A program made the translations under genes and the position numbers. Below are positions 8,612-19,625 of a DNA stretch of 64,000 bases, one piece after another. The notes beneath the pieces are model-generated. The model was not told the origin of the DNA. It saw nothing but the letters and a program-made list of their open reading frames with translations, and did not search any database. Within the stretch, counting starts at the first letter, position 1. Every line of letters starts with the position of its first letter. The DNA is taken from positions 11,690-75,689 of the forward strand of contig JAYVGX010000034.1 in assembly GCA_043771685.1 (NCBI GenBank). Reading direction: 5' to 3'. Source of the DNA: Minisyncoccota bacterium. GTDB taxonomy: Bacteria; Patescibacteriota; Minisyncoccia; Phycocordibacterales; UBA9973.

Positions 8612-8851
8612 CTATTCTGTTATACCCAATAGTTCTACTATCTTTGGTTTATTGAAACCAACTATAACATTATTTTTAATTAATATAACTGGTACACCCA
8701 TTTGGCCACTTTTTTCAATCATCTCTTTTCTTTTTTCTGGATTCTCACCAACATTGAAGTCCTCGAACTCTACTCCTTTTTCTTTAAAGAAATCTTTTGC
8801 CATGTGACAGAAATGACATGAATTTGTACTGTATATTGTTACTTTTTCCAT
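8612..8851 (-). CDS. Glutaredoxin-like protein (NrdH/Grx fold).
   Basis: VTIYSTNSCHFCHMAKDFF...GVPVILIKNNVIVGF: thioredoxin-fold CxxC redox protein of 79 aa. Confidence 0.7.
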   Translation of the reverse strand: MEKVTIYSTNSCHFCHMAKDFFKEKGVEFEDFNVGENPEKRKEMIEKSGQMGVPVILIKNNVIVGFNKPKIVELLGITE

Positions 8852-8919
8852 AAAATTTTTACCTTGCGGTCTTATTATTAATCTCTATTTATTATAGCAT
8901 ACGAGTCAAGCATACTAAA

Positions 8920-9297
8920 TTATTTTTTAAACATCCTTTTTGCAAAACCCCAGAAACTATGATCTATAACCTCTTCTTGAGCTTCTGAGGTTGTTTGTTG
9001 TGAATCTACGATAGCTACAACTTTTTCACCAGCGAAGGCGACCTTATATTTATCACGAATTGACTCCTCTATCCCTATATCAGTTTTTAATTTATCAATA
9101 TCTTTATTTAACAAGTCCTCTCTTTTTGCCAATAAGTCTAATTGATTAACAACCATTGCCTTTTTGCGGGTTGTTTCTTTTTCTTTTTTAACCAAAACAA
9201 ATAAATTATAAGAAAATACTATTATAACAATCAATATAAAGAAAAAAAACGGACTTGAGTGGTAGAAATGGTTCTTTTGATTTTGCTTGAATTTTGT
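8920..9297 (-). CDS. Septum formation initiator (FtsB/DivIC-like) protein.
   Basis: One N-terminal TM helix followed by a coiled-coil (LDLLAKREDLLNKDIDKLKTDI), typical of FtsB/DivIC. The start is set at MTKF. Confidence 0.45.
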   Translation of the reverse strand, partial: TKFKQNQKNHFYHSSPFFFFILIVIIVFSYNLFVLVKKEKETTRKKAMVVNQLDLLAKREDLLNKDIDKLKTDIGIEESIRDKYKVAFAGEKVVAIVDSQQTTSEAQEEVIDHSFWGFAKRMFKK

Positions 9298-9435
9298 CAT
9301 AAAAAGTACTATAATTATATCATGTTTTTCAGCAAACGTAATCAAAAAAGAATGCACAAAATATTCGCAGTAATCTCTGTTATAGTTATAATCAGTATGG
9401 TTTTACTGTATTCTGCGGCTTCTTTCTTCTAATAA

Positions 9436-11250
9436 TTAACGGTCCCCACTTCTCATCATCTTGAGGAATACATCGTGAGAGATATTTATCTTTGCATTTG
9501 CCTGCAAACGTTTTTTACCTTTCTTTTGCTTCTCTAGTAACTTCTTCTTACGACTCACATCCCCTCCTCCGACAACTTTACTACCGTGCATAAGCACGTC
9601 TTTACGAAACGCTGACACAGACTCTGAGGAGATGATACGCCCCAATGCTTTGCCTTGGATCTTGAAATTAAATTGTTGGCGAGGGATAATATTTTTTAGT
9701 TTCTCTACTTGAAATTTGGCTTCTTCTTCGACTTTGCGACGTGATATAACTTGGGTAAATGCAGGCATGACCTCATCGGCGACTATTATGTCGAGCCTAA
9801 CAACATCGGCGTCTTTGTAGTCAGTGATCTGGTACGAAATAGAAGCATAGCCAGAAGTTATACTTTTCATATCATCGAAAAAGTGGCGCATTAGTTCACG
9901 CAGTGGCATCGTAAGTTCAATGGTCGAACGATTATCACCAAAGTTCTCTGTAGTCTTTACAATTGCATCGTGGTCAAAGAAAAACGGCATGAGGACGCTA
10001 GTATAAATAGATGGAGTGATAACTTTAGCATCTACCCATGGTTCGCTTACGCGGTTAGCATTGCCATCGTCTGGGAAAAGGTGTGGTGAATAGACTATTT
10101 CTTCTTTACCATTTTTTAATGTAACTTTATAAATAATAGACGGTAAAGTAACAATCAGTTCGAGGTCAAACTCACGATGAAGTCTCTCGGTGATTATTTC
10201 TAAATGTAGCATCCCAAGAAATCCACAACGGAAACCTCGGCCTAGTATACCGGAGGCTTCTTCTTCATAAGAAAAAGACGAGTCCGATAAACGTAAACGT
10301 GACAAGGCTTGTTTTAAATTCGTAAAATCATCCTGACTTTCCGGATAAACCGAAGCCCAAACAACTGGACTTGGGTTCATATAACCAGGCAAAGGCATAA
10401 CTGGTCTCTTTGCATAAGTTATAGTATCACCGACAGAGGCTATTCCTGGTTTTTTGATACCAGTTACAACATAACCAATTTCACCAGTAGATAGACTGTC
10501 TTTGGGTATTTCACTTGGCGAGAAAACTCCGACTTCGAGTGCAATAAATTTTTCTTCTGAAACAGCAAACAACAGTTGCTCACCTTTTTTGAAACTTCCT
10601 TCTATGACACGAATATAAACTATAACTCCGCGATGGTTGTCGTATTTGAAATCGAAAACCAAAGCCGATGCTTTATTTTGAATAATTTCATATTCTTTTG
10701 GGGCTGGGACTCTTTTTACAACTTCAGCTAGCAATTCTTTTACACCCTCACCTGTGCGTCCTGAAACAGCCATGATAGTGTCGGGGTCAATGTCGAGCAA
10801 TACTGCAACCTCCATCTTTACTTCGTCTACTCGTGCCAAAGGTGAGTCGATTTTTGAAACAACAGGTATGATAACGAGCCCGAGTTCTCGAGCTAGATTG
10901 AGAGTTGTCAGAGTTTGTGCTTGGACACCCTGAGTCGCATCTACGAGCAATATAGAGCCTTCTACCGCCTTTAGAGCCCGCGAGACTTCGTAGGAGAAGT
11001 CCACGTGCCCGGGTGTGTCGATAAGGTTTAAAATAAACTTTTCATTACCAATTTGGTAGTCCATTCTAACGGGCTGCATCTTGATTGTGATACCACGCTC
11101 ACGCTCAAGTTCCATCGAGTCGAGAACTTGGTCTTTCATTTTGCGTTTTTCGATAGTACCAGTGAGTTCTATCATGCGATCGGCAAGAGTCGATTTCCCA
11201 TGGTCAATATGGGCTATAATTGTGAAATTCCTAATAGATTTTGTATCCAT
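9436..11250 (-). CDS. lepA: Elongation factor 4 (LepA).
   Basis: IRNFTIIAHIDHGKSTLADRMI, DTPGHVDF and the characteristic LepA C-terminal domain. 604 aa. Confidence 0.95.
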   Translation of the reverse strand: MDTKSIRNFTIIAHIDHGKSTLADRMIELTGTIEKRKMKDQVLDSMELERERGITIKMQPVRMDYQIGNEKFILNLIDTPGHVDFSYEVSRALKAVEGSILLVDATQGVQAQTLTTLNLARELGLVIIPVVSKIDSPLARVDEVKMEVAVLLDIDPDTIMAVSGRTGEGVKELLAEVVKRVPAPKEYEIIQNKASALVFDFKYDNHRGVIVYIRVIEGSFKKGEQLLFAVSEEKFIALEVGVFSPSEIPKDSLSTGEIGYVVTGIKKPGIASVGDTITYAKRPVMPLPGYMNPSPVVWASVYPESQDDFTNLKQALSRLRLSDSSFSYEEEASGILGRGFRCGFLGMLHLEIITERLHREFDLELIVTLPSIIYKVTLKNGKEEIVYSPHLFPDDGNANRVSEPWVDAKVITPSIYTSVLMPFFFDHDAIVKTTENFGDNRSTIELTMPLRELMRHFFDDMKSITSGYASISYQITDYKDADVVRLDIIVADEVMPAFTQVISRRKVEEEAKFQVEKLKNIIPRQQFNFKIQGKALGRIISSESVSAFRKDVLMHGSKVVGGGDVSRKKKLLEKQKKGKKRLQANAKINISHDVFLKMMRSGDR

Positions 11251-11287
11251 TTGTATATCTTAACAGAAAAATGCTTAAAAATAAAGG

Positions 11288-13054
11288 CTACTCTATAAAC
11301 CCACCAACTTGGTGATTCCATAAGTCTGCATAGTCGCCGCCGCGGGCTATGAGATCGGCATGAGTTCCCTGTTCGGTTATTTTTCCATCTTCGAGAACTA
11401 TGATGCGATCCATTTTAGAAATTGTAGAGAGTCTGTGGGCGATGACGATTGTGGTTTTATTTTTCATCAATTCATCAAAAGCTTTTTGAATGTATGTCTC
11501 GCTTACACTATCAAGCGACGATGTTGCTTCGTCTAAAATAAGTATTGGAGCGTCTTTTATCATCGCGCGAGCGATAGCTACACGCTGTCTTTCACCACCA
11601 GAGAGTTTGACCCCACGTTCACCAACATATGTTTCGTATTTGTAAGGTAACTTTTCGATAAAGTCATGAGCATAGGCTTTCTTTGCAACTTCTATAACAT
11701 CCTCATCTGTTGCATTGTCTTTCCCATAAGCAATGTTTTCGCGAATTGTCCTGTGAAATAAAATTGATTCTTGTGGTACATAAGAAATAACAGAACGTAA
11801 ATCATCTTGAGTCACATTGCGGATATCTTGTCCGTCGATAGTTACACCTCCAGCAGATACATCAGAAAAACGCAGTATCAAATTAGTAAAAGTAGACTTA
11901 CCTGCACCCGAGTGGCCAACCAAACCAATTCTTTCGCCAGGTGCAATATCTATAGAAAAGTTCGAAAATACTTCTTGTCCATTTTTATAAGAAAAAGAAA
12001 CATTGTTGAAAACCAAATGGCCTTTGGTCATATTTAATTTCTCTGGATTTTTAGGGTCCTCGATATCTGGAACTGTTTCAAATATTTCGACAACCTCTTT
12101 CATTTCTGCTGCAGATTTTGTAAACTTCATCATAGCATTACTTAAATCCCAAAGTTTCTCATAAATAGTAATCATATATGTTTGTATCAAAACTACTGTT
12201 CCTGTACTTATTTGACCCTTAAGCCAAAGCTTTATAAGTAAATACAATAATAAACTTAATGTTATAGAACCAAAAAGAGCCTGAGCTATTTCTATTTTTC
12301 CTCCAAAAAACCAAGCTTTTTTACTTTTAGTTTCTGCCTGAGTTGTTATTTCTCTAAATTTTTCTTTTTCATTTTTTTTTGCAGAAAATATTTTAACTGC
12401 TAACATATTGCCAAAGACATCAGATAATCTACCACTTAATTTTGAATCACTTGTAGATTCATCAGCATCATAAATAATTTTCGTTTTTAAGAATAAAATT
12501 ATTATAAGAATATAAATAAAAACAAAAAGAGAGAAAACGACACAAGCTTGTTTTGATTGATTATACAAAACAAAAAACATACCTATGAATGCAATCAAGG
12601 TTCCATAAAACTGATAGATCAATATATCAAACATTGTTTCAAATGATCGCACAAAACGATTAGATTTTGTTACTAAAGAACCAGCGAACGTGTTGGCAAA
12701 AAATGTTTGTGAATTATTTGTGATTTTACTAAAAGAAAAGTTGCGTAATTCTTTTATAACTTTTATTTCAAAATCATAAATCATAAACTTTCCTAATCTT
12801 GAAATTAAGGTTAAAGAAAAATTTATTATTACAATTATAAGAACTAAATTAAGCAGAGTAGGTTCTAGTAGTAAACGATTCATCTCATCCACAGATGAAG
12901 ATAAATTATCTATGATTCTTTTAAAGAAAATTGGCTTAATAACATTTTCCAATAAAGCTCTTATTCCGAATAATAGAAAAGAACCATAAAACAAAAACTT
13001 GTATTTTCGCATAGACGGCCAGACGTATTTAAATATAGAGCGAAATAATGACAT
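11288..13054 (-). CDS. ABC transporter permease/ATP-binding fusion (MsbA/exporter type).
   Basis: Six-TM N-terminal half. C-terminal half has Walker A GHSGAGKST, the ABC signature LSGGERQRVAIARAM, and Walker B ILILDEATS. Confidence 0.85.
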   Translation of the reverse strand: MSLFRSIFKYVWPSMRKYKFLFYGSFLLFGIRALLENVIKPIFFKRIIDNLSSSVDEMNRLLLEPTLLNLVLIIVIINFSLTLISRLGKFMIYDFEIKVIKELRNFSFSKITNNSQTFFANTFAGSLVTKSNRFVRSFETMFDILIYQFYGTLIAFIGMFFVLYNQSKQACVVFSLFVFIYILIIILFLKTKIIYDADESTSDSKLSGRLSDVFGNMLAVKIFSAKKNEKEKFREITTQAETKSKKAWFFGGKIEIAQALFGSITLSLLLYLLIKLWLKGQISTGTVVLIQTYMITIYEKLWDLSNAMMKFTKSAAEMKEVVEIFETVPDIEDPKNPEKLNMTKGHLVFNNVSFSYKNGQEVFSNFSIDIAPGERIGLVGHSGAGKSTFTNLILRFSDVSAGGVTIDGQDIRNVTQDDLRSVISYVPQESILFHRTIRENIAYGKDNATDEDVIEVAKKAYAHDFIEKLPYKYETYVGERGVKLSGGERQRVAIARAMIKDAPILILDEATSSLDSVSETYIQKAFDELMKNKTTIVIAHRLSTISKMDRIIVLEDGKITEQGTHADLIARGGDYADLWNHQVGGFIE

Positions 13055-13114
13055 CTATAAAATATACCAAAAAAAGCTTAAAAAGCAAAGCTTATTTAAA
13101 AAGACAATCTTAAA

Positions 13115-14797
13115 CTAAAGTTCTTTCTGTTCTGGAGCTATAACCCGACCACGCCAGAATTTGTGACTTAGAGTATCGATTAAATCGAATAATTCTTTGT
13201 TTTTCATGAGAGCCAGAATTATAACACCCAATCCTATACCAATGAGTCCTGAAAAGAGACCTTGCAACAAGATACCGTAACCAGTATTTATATCTAGTAT
13301 ATTATCTAAAATCCCCAACATAACATAAGAAGTCGTACCCATCACAACAGAAGCAACTGCACTCTGCAAGAAGCTCTGGAACAACTCAGACGAATGATAT
13401 GGGAAGAAATCTTTTTTGAAATAAATCCAAAGTAAAATAAAATTTAAAAAAGAACCGATACTATACGCCAATGGTAAAGCCAGGAGTTTAGTACCTGAAA
13501 CGTGCTGAACTCTCAATAAGGATTCTAGGTTAGAAAGAATAAATGGATAATTTTCAAAAATAAATAGGAATAGAAAAGCGAAAATTATAATCATAATAGA
13601 AGAAAATACACTTATTAGAAGTGGTTTTTTTGTATTTCCTGAAGCATAGTATGAACGAACCAACAACAAAACTAAACTTTGAGTAACTAAAGACACTATA
13701 AACAATGCTACAGCTGCAGCTGTTAAACGTGTGTCTGACCAAGAGAATCTCTGCGAGCCCAGAACTACACGTACTATCTGTGCACGCAAAACAGCGAGTA
13801 ATGCGATTATAGGTAATGACCAGAAAATAATACTCCTTGCAGTAGAAACTATTTGTTTAACAAAAGCATCCATGTCTTTATTGGAAAATGATTTAACTAA
13901 TACAGGAAAAGCTGCTACAGAATAAGAAATACCGATAATGCCGACAGGTACTGATTGTAGATTATAAGAAAAAGTAAAAAGAGAAATAGAACCAGGTACT
14001 AATAATGAAGCAAGAGATATCAGAACTATAAATACTAAACTCGTACAAGACAAAGCAACAGTTCTAGGGAAAGAAGTTCTGACAACTTTATAAATTTCTG
14101 TCCAAGATATTTTACTAGTAAATAATGGGAAAAAGCCATGCGAAATAATCACAGGTATCTGTATAGATAAATGCAACAAAGCACCGATAACCACACCAAA
14201 TGCGAGTCCTGTAACACCTAGTTTTGGATATAGATAAGCTACACCAAACAATATTCCTAAGTTATAAAAAACGGGCGACAAAGAGAATACAAAGAAATTT
14301 CTAAATAGTTGAGTAACCGTTCCGAGCATATTAGAAAGTCCGATAAATATAGGAGACAAAAGCATGATACGACTGATTTTGATTAATAAAACAAGTTGTT
14401 CATTATTAAAACCTGGAGCAACTAGTGGTGCGATGTACGGCATCAAAATAGCTATTACAATACTCGCAATTAACATGAAAACCATATAAACAGTAAAAAT
14501 ACTATTTAGAAAAATCCGAGCTTTATCATTATTTTTATCGTCAATACGATCAACCAAGAAAGGCAACAATACAGTCACTGAAGCCAGCGATGCGACAGAT
14601 ATGTATAGGAAATCAGGAATTCTAAATGCAGCATAATAAACATCTAAAATAGGTCCTGATCCTATACTGTTCACCAACATTCTGTCACGTATTAGACCTA
14701 GAATTTGAGAAAGCAGAGAGAAAATTCCAAGCACTAAAGCAGCCTCACCTATCGGACCTTGCTTGCTGTTAAAAAATTTTATAAAACGCTTTACCAT
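13115..14797 (-). CDS. murJ: Lipid II flippase MurJ (MviN family).
   Basis: N-terminus GEAALVLGIFSLLSQILGLIRDRMLVNSIGSGPILDVYYAAFRIPDFLY. 560-aa polytopic MOP-family protein. Confidence 0.85.
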   Translation of the reverse strand: MVKRFIKFFNSKQGPIGEAALVLGIFSLLSQILGLIRDRMLVNSIGSGPILDVYYAAFRIPDFLYISVASLASVTVLLPFLVDRIDDKNNDKARIFLNSIFTVYMVFMLIASIVIAILMPYIAPLVAPGFNNEQLVLLIKISRIMLLSPIFIGLSNMLGTVTQLFRNFFVFSLSPVFYNLGILFGVAYLYPKLGVTGLAFGVVIGALLHLSIQIPVIISHGFFPLFTSKISWTEIYKVVRTSFPRTVALSCTSLVFIVLISLASLLVPGSISLFTFSYNLQSVPVGIIGISYSVAAFPVLVKSFSNKDMDAFVKQIVSTARSIIFWSLPIIALLAVLRAQIVRVVLGSQRFSWSDTRLTAAAVALFIVSLVTQSLVLLLVRSYYASGNTKKPLLISVFSSIMIIIFAFLFLFIFENYPFILSNLESLLRVQHVSGTKLLALPLAYSIGSFLNFILLWIYFKKDFFPYHSSELFQSFLQSAVASVVMGTTSYVMLGILDNILDINTGYGILLQGLFSGLIGIGLGVIILALMKNKELFDLIDTLSHKFWRGRVIAPEQKEL

Positions 14798-14800
14798 TTA

Positions 14801-17131
14801 TTAATTTTTTTGAGTTGTTTTTTCAGTTGTCTTTTCTACGACAGGTTCTGGAGGATTTGAGATTGATCTAATAGCTTCTTTTACATCAGCATTTTCTGGC
14901 TCAATATCTTCTAAGATTTTAAATTGTTCCAGAGCTTTACCATTTGAATTTGTTTTTTGATACGCTTTACCTAACATGAAACGAGCATTTGAGTTGTTTC
15001 TATTTAAGAAAACTGCATTTTCAAACGCAACCACAGCTTCTGAGTAAGATCCATCAGCATAACGTAATTGTCCACTTTGGAAGTAAAGGTTGGATTCAGA
15101 TGGGAAATAGTAAATTGCTGTATCTATCTGTTCAATAGCACCCTTTATATTATTTTGATTTACAAAAATTTGAGCTTTTAGGATTAGAGCATCTGCATAA
15201 TTTGGTTTTATTTGTAGGGCTTGGTTGATAAATTCAATCGCTTTATCTGTATTTGAATTACTAAATTCTAATCTAGCGAGACTTAAAATAATATTTGGAT
15301 TATTTGGAGAAAGTACTAATGCTTTATTGTAAGCATCGACTGAATTTTCGTAACTTTTTTCAATTTTTAATTGAGATAAACTAGCGTACAGATTACCCAA
15401 ATTAAGATGATTTAGGTATTGTTTTTTATCATTAGTTACAGCGAGTTTAGCACTATACTCTGATTGACTAACTAATTGTTGGACGCTAGTTTTTATACGA
15501 TCAGCAGAAATTTCTTTATTATTTAAAATAAAACCAATCTGAGATAGATATATTTGTGAAAGTGATCTAAGATAAGTATCTTTATTATCTAGGACGAATG
15601 CATTATTTTGCATAATTACAGCCTTGTCGAGACCTTCAGCACTGTTTTCGACATTTACACTTTGTGCAAAATACATAACAGAAACAAATTTTTTTGCATA
15701 TGTATAAGTTAAGAAGATTGTTCCAATAATTAGAATCATCAATAATAGTATAGAGAAGAAGCTATGTCTTGGGTCATCTAAGAAAGAAAACTTTATCACA
15801 GGAATACTTTTATTGTAAACAAGCATACCGATCAAGACTCCACTCGATAAGAATGCAATCATGAGCATCGTTACATTTGGTGTGTAGATGATACAAATAA
15901 TCCAAGAATATATAACGGTCAACAGTAAACTCAATAAGAAATAATTATTTAAACTATCTTTATAAGAAACTTTCATAAATTTAAATCCTCTGTAGAGAAT
16001 GGACAATATAAAGATCAAGAAAGCTACTGCACCGAGAACTCCAACGGTCGATAGTAGTGTTGGTAAAAATCCAAAACCAAAAGAAAAATCATTATTCCAA
16101 AATGGTGTAAGGTATATATCCATAGGACGCCACTTTGCCCAGTCGATAATAAAAGTATTTGGACCAGTTCCTAATACAGGATTATAGAGGAATGCTTTAT
16201 AAGCAACATGACTAGTTGAACTGATGTTTGGACGAATATCTATATTTGGAATTGGAATATATTTATTTGTAAAAGAAGATATATTTGTTCCTCCCACAAT
16301 AAACACGAAACAAATCAATATTGAAATCATAGCTACGAATGGGAACTTCTTTTTATTCTCTCCACCATGAAAGATAGCTACACCTGCTTGCTGGAAAGAA
16401 ATACTATAAACAAGTAACACAACAGAGAAGATACCTATTAGAATCCAAACAAAAGAAATATTTATAATAGCTAAGAATACAAAAGACGAAACTAGTAGGA
16501 AATACTGTAGAAACTTAAAGATACCTTTACTCTTTAGTAGATCGATAGTATAAACACACAACAATGCTATCAATCCGAAGAATATAGCGAAGTCTGTCCA
16601 TGTCCCAAATAAATTACCATAGCTCACACTTCTTAGGAAGTTGCCAAAAATACCTGGTTTAATTAAATTACCGAGAATCAAAATTATCTCGAATAGTACT
16701 AAAACAGCAGCACTAGCAAAAAGTGAGATCTGGAAATACCAAAGTCTCCTTTCTGTTTGGAAATAAGTAGCAGACAAGAAGAATACCAAGAACATAATCA
16801 ACATTGAAGAAAAAGTTCCGACTTCGAAACCACTACCAAAAAAAGATAGATTTTTAGAAACAGAGAAGAATGACGAAATCAAGAAGATCAAAGGGATAGC
16901 TAATCCAAATAACACTGATCTATCCCGTGGTATATGAAAAACTCCTTCACCTAATCTAGCTACTAACCAAAAACAAAGAGAGATAGTTATCCCTATTGAA
17001 AAGAAAAATCCTTTCGCTGCAAAAAGTGACATCGAGGAATAAGGCAAGAAGAAGAAGATAGAGATAAACACTGTTGCGAATAGTGAGACGAAAGAGAGTT
17101 TATTAATAAATGATATTGTTTTTTTTTCCAT
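14801..17131 (-). CDS. Polytopic membrane protein with an O-antigen ligase/Wzy-like N-terminal region and C-terminal TPR repeats.
   Basis: About 12 predicted TM helices, followed by soluble TPR-like repeats (NPNYADALILKAQIF..., AIEQIDTAIYYFPSESNLYF...). The start is taken at MEKKTISF. Confidence 0.5.
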   Translation of the reverse strand: MEKKTISFINKLSFVSLFATVFISIFFFLPYSSMSLFAAKGFFFSIGITISLCFWLVARLGEGVFHIPRDRSVLFGLAIPLIFLISSFFSVSKNLSFFGSGFEVGTFSSMLIMFLVFFLSATYFQTERRLWYFQISLFASAAVLVLFEIILILGNLIKPGIFGNFLRSVSYGNLFGTWTDFAIFFGLIALLCVYTIDLLKSKGIFKFLQYFLLVSSFVFLAIINISFVWILIGIFSVVLLVYSISFQQAGVAIFHGGENKKKFPFVAMISILICFVFIVGGTNISSFTNKYIPIPNIDIRPNISSTSHVAYKAFLYNPVLGTGPNTFIIDWAKWRPMDIYLTPFWNNDFSFGFGFLPTLLSTVGVLGAVAFLIFILSILYRGFKFMKVSYKDSLNNYFLLSLLLTVIYSWIICIIYTPNVTMLMIAFLSSGVLIGMLVYNKSIPVIKFSFLDDPRHSFFSILLLMILIIGTIFLTYTYAKKFVSVMYFAQSVNVENSAEGLDKAVIMQNNAFVLDNKDTYLRSLSQIYLSQIGFILNNKEISADRIKTSVQQLVSQSEYSAKLAVTNDKKQYLNHLNLGNLYASLSQLKIEKSYENSVDAYNKALVLSPNNPNIILSLARLEFSNSNTDKAIEFINQALQIKPNYADALILKAQIFVNQNNIKGAIEQIDTAIYYFPSESNLYFQSGQLRYADGSYSEAVVAFENAVFLNRNNSNARFMLGKAYQKTNSNGKALEQFKILEDIEPENADVKEAIRSISNPPEPVVEKTTEKTTQKN

Positions 17132-17194
17132 ACAAATACTATGATAATTTTTATTTATAATTGATTTTATTATACTACACAAATAATTTTAAAA

Positions 17195-19606
17195 CTACAC
17201 TACAATGTTAATAAGTCGATCTTTTACATAAATCACTCTTTTAACTTCTTTTTCTTTGGTCCAGCTAATTATCGTTTCATTATTTAGAGCTTGTTTTTTA
17301 ACCTCTGCTTCACTTGTGTCTTTTGGTATCAATATTTCTGCTCTAACTTTTCCATTAACTTGGATAATGATTTTTATCTCTTCATCTACTATTTTCTTAC
17401 TATCGAACTTTGGCCACGGACTTTTATGAATTGACTTCTTTTCACCTGTATCATGCCACATCTCTTCTGTTACATGTGGGGCAAAAGGTGCAAGGATTTG
17501 TAATAATTTCTTGAAATCATTTACAGATAAATTTTTGGTTTTTTCAAATTCATTTACGAAAACCATCAAACTAGAGACCGCGGTATTGAAACTCATGCTT
17601 TCGATGTCTTCTCCTACTTTTTTTATTGTTTTGTGTAAAACTTTTTCTAAATTTGAATCTGTTTTATTTTTTTTATTTAAAACTTGTTCTTGAATTTTCC
17701 AAACTTTTTCTAAAAAACGACGTGGGCCAATCAAACTTTCCATAGACCAAGAAACTGATTGATCAAAAGGACCCATAAACATCTCGTATAAACGCAAGGT
17801 GTCGGCACCGTAATTATTTATTATTTCTTCAGGAGAAACAGTATTGCCGAGTGATTTAGACATCTTGCTACCACCTTCGGTTAATATCATACCGTGACTC
17901 GTACGTTTCGCATATGGTTCAGATGTCGGGACTAATTTTAGATCATATAAAAATTTATGCCAGAAACGAGAATAGAGTAAGTGCAATGTCGTATGTTCCA
18001 TACCACCGTTATACCAAGACACTCCATTTTTTAACCAATAAGACAAAGCTTTTTTACTGGCAAATTCTTTTTTATTTTTAGGATCAGCATAGCGTAAATA
18101 ATACCAAGAGCTTCCTGCCCAATTTGGCATTGTATCAGTCTCACGCTTGGCAGGGCCTTTACAGACAGGGCATTTCACATTGACCCATTTATCCATAATA
18201 GCCAAGGGGCTTTCACCATTATCTGTCGGTACATAGGACTTTACTTTAGGAAGTGTTACAGGTAAATCTTTTTCTGGTACAGGAACATAGCCTTGACTGT
18301 CGGGGTCTGTTAGAGCACATTTTTCACAGTGTATTATTGGTATCGGTTCACCCCAGTAGCGTTGTCTTGAAAAGACCCAATCACGAAGTTTGAATTTCGT
18401 AACAATTTTTCCATTTACTTTTTCTGTTATCTCTTTTGCATCAACTAAAGGCTCATCGATAATTGGCAAATTGTATTTTGTAGCAAACCGTAAATCGCGA
18501 TCATCGTGTTTTGGTACTCCCATAACAGCTCCTGTACCATAACTTGCCAATACATAGTCTGCAATCCACACAGGAACAACTCCCCCATTTGCAGGGTTTA
18601 TAGCATTTACACCTTGAAGTACGATACCAGTCTTTTCTTTATCTTCTGCTGTACGATCGAGCTCAGATCTCTTGTTTGCACTTTTCAAATATTTCTCTAC
18701 ATCATTCCAATTCTTTATATTAGATTTTAATTTTTCTACCAATTCATGCTCTGGAGCAAGTACGACATAAGTCACACCAAACAAAGTGTCAGCACGAGTT
18801 GTAAATACTTTTATTTTATCATCACTGTCTTTTATTTTAAATTCTATCTCACTACCGATACTTTTCCCTATCCAATTACGTTGTTGGATTTTTATTTTTT
18901 CTAGATAATCTACACCATCTAAATCACTATCTAATCTATCAGCGTATTTTGTAATAGCAAGCATCCATTGTTCTTTTTCTTTCTTTGTAGTCTCACCACC
19001 ACAACGCTCGCAGTGCCCGTTTACTACTTCTTCATTAGCGAGACCTATCTTACAATTTATACACCAATTGATAAGTGTTTTAGTTTTATAAGCGAGGCCT
19101 TTCTTATACAATTGGAGAAATATCCATTGAGTCCATTTAAAATAAGCCGGATCTGTAGTGTTTATTTCCCTATCCCAATCAAAACCGAAGCCAACAGATT
19201 TTAATTGCTTTCGAAAAGTATCAGTATTTTGTTTTGTCACTTTTTCTGGTTGGATACCAGTTTTTATAGCGTAGTTTTCTGTTGGTAAACCAAAAGCGTC
19301 CCAGCCTATCGGGTATAAAACATTGTACCCTTCCATCCGACGCTTACGTGTGATGATATCCATCGCTGTGTTACTGCGTATATGTCCTACGTGAAGTCCT
19401 GCTCCAGACGGGTACGGGAATTCTATAAGTCCAAAAAATGCTTTTCCTTTCGTGCTATTTTTAACAGAATAAGTTTTTTTCTTATCCCACTCGCGTTGCC
19501 ACTTTTTTTCGATCTTTGTATGGTTATACTCTTTCTGCTTGCCCGTCCGTAGCTTTGCGGAGGCGGGCCACTTTTTTTCTATTTTTTTATGATCGTAGTT
19601 TTTCAT
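17195..19606 (-). CDS. leuS: Leucine--tRNA ligase, with an unusual duplicated N-terminal extension.
   Basis: FPYPSGAGLHVGHIRSNTAMDIITRKRRMEGYNVLYPIGWDAFGLPTEN, CP1 editing domain, KMSKSLGN. Confidence 0.9.
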   Translation of the reverse strand: MKNYDHKKIEKKWPASAKLRTGKQKEYNHTKIEKKWQREWDKKKTYSVKNSTKGKAFFGLIEFPYPSGAGLHVGHIRSNTAMDIITRKRRMEGYNVLYPIGWDAFGLPTENYAIKTGIQPEKVTKQNTDTFRKQLKSVGFGFDWDREINTTDPAYFKWTQWIFLQLYKKGLAYKTKTLINWCINCKIGLANEEVVNGHCERCGGETTKKEKEQWMLAITKYADRLDSDLDGVDYLEKIKIQQRNWIGKSIGSEIEFKIKDSDDKIKVFTTRADTLFGVTYVVLAPEHELVEKLKSNIKNWNDVEKYLKSANKRSELDRTAEDKEKTGIVLQGVNAINPANGGVVPVWIADYVLASYGTGAVMGVPKHDDRDLRFATKYNLPIIDEPLVDAKEITEKVNGKIVTKFKLRDWVFSRQRYWGEPIPIIHCEKCALTDPDSQGYVPVPEKDLPVTLPKVKSYVPTDNGESPLAIMDKWVNVKCPVCKGPAKRETDTMPNWAGSSWYYLRYADPKNKKEFASKKALSYWLKNGVSWYNGGMEHTTLHLLYSRFWHKFLYDLKLVPTSEPYAKRTSHGMILTEGGSKMSKSLGNTVSPEEIINNYGADTLRLYEMFMGPFDQSVSWSMESLIGPRRFLEKVWKIQEQVLNKKNKTDSNLEKVLHKTIKKVGEDIESMSFNTAVSSLMVFVNEFEKTKNLSVNDFKKLLQILAPFAPHVTEEMWHDTGEKKSIHKSPWPKFDSKKIVDEEIKIIIQVNGKVRAEILIPKDTSEAEVKKQALNNETIISWTKEKEVKRVIYVKDRLINIVV

Positions 19607-19625
19607 ATCTATATTATATACTATA

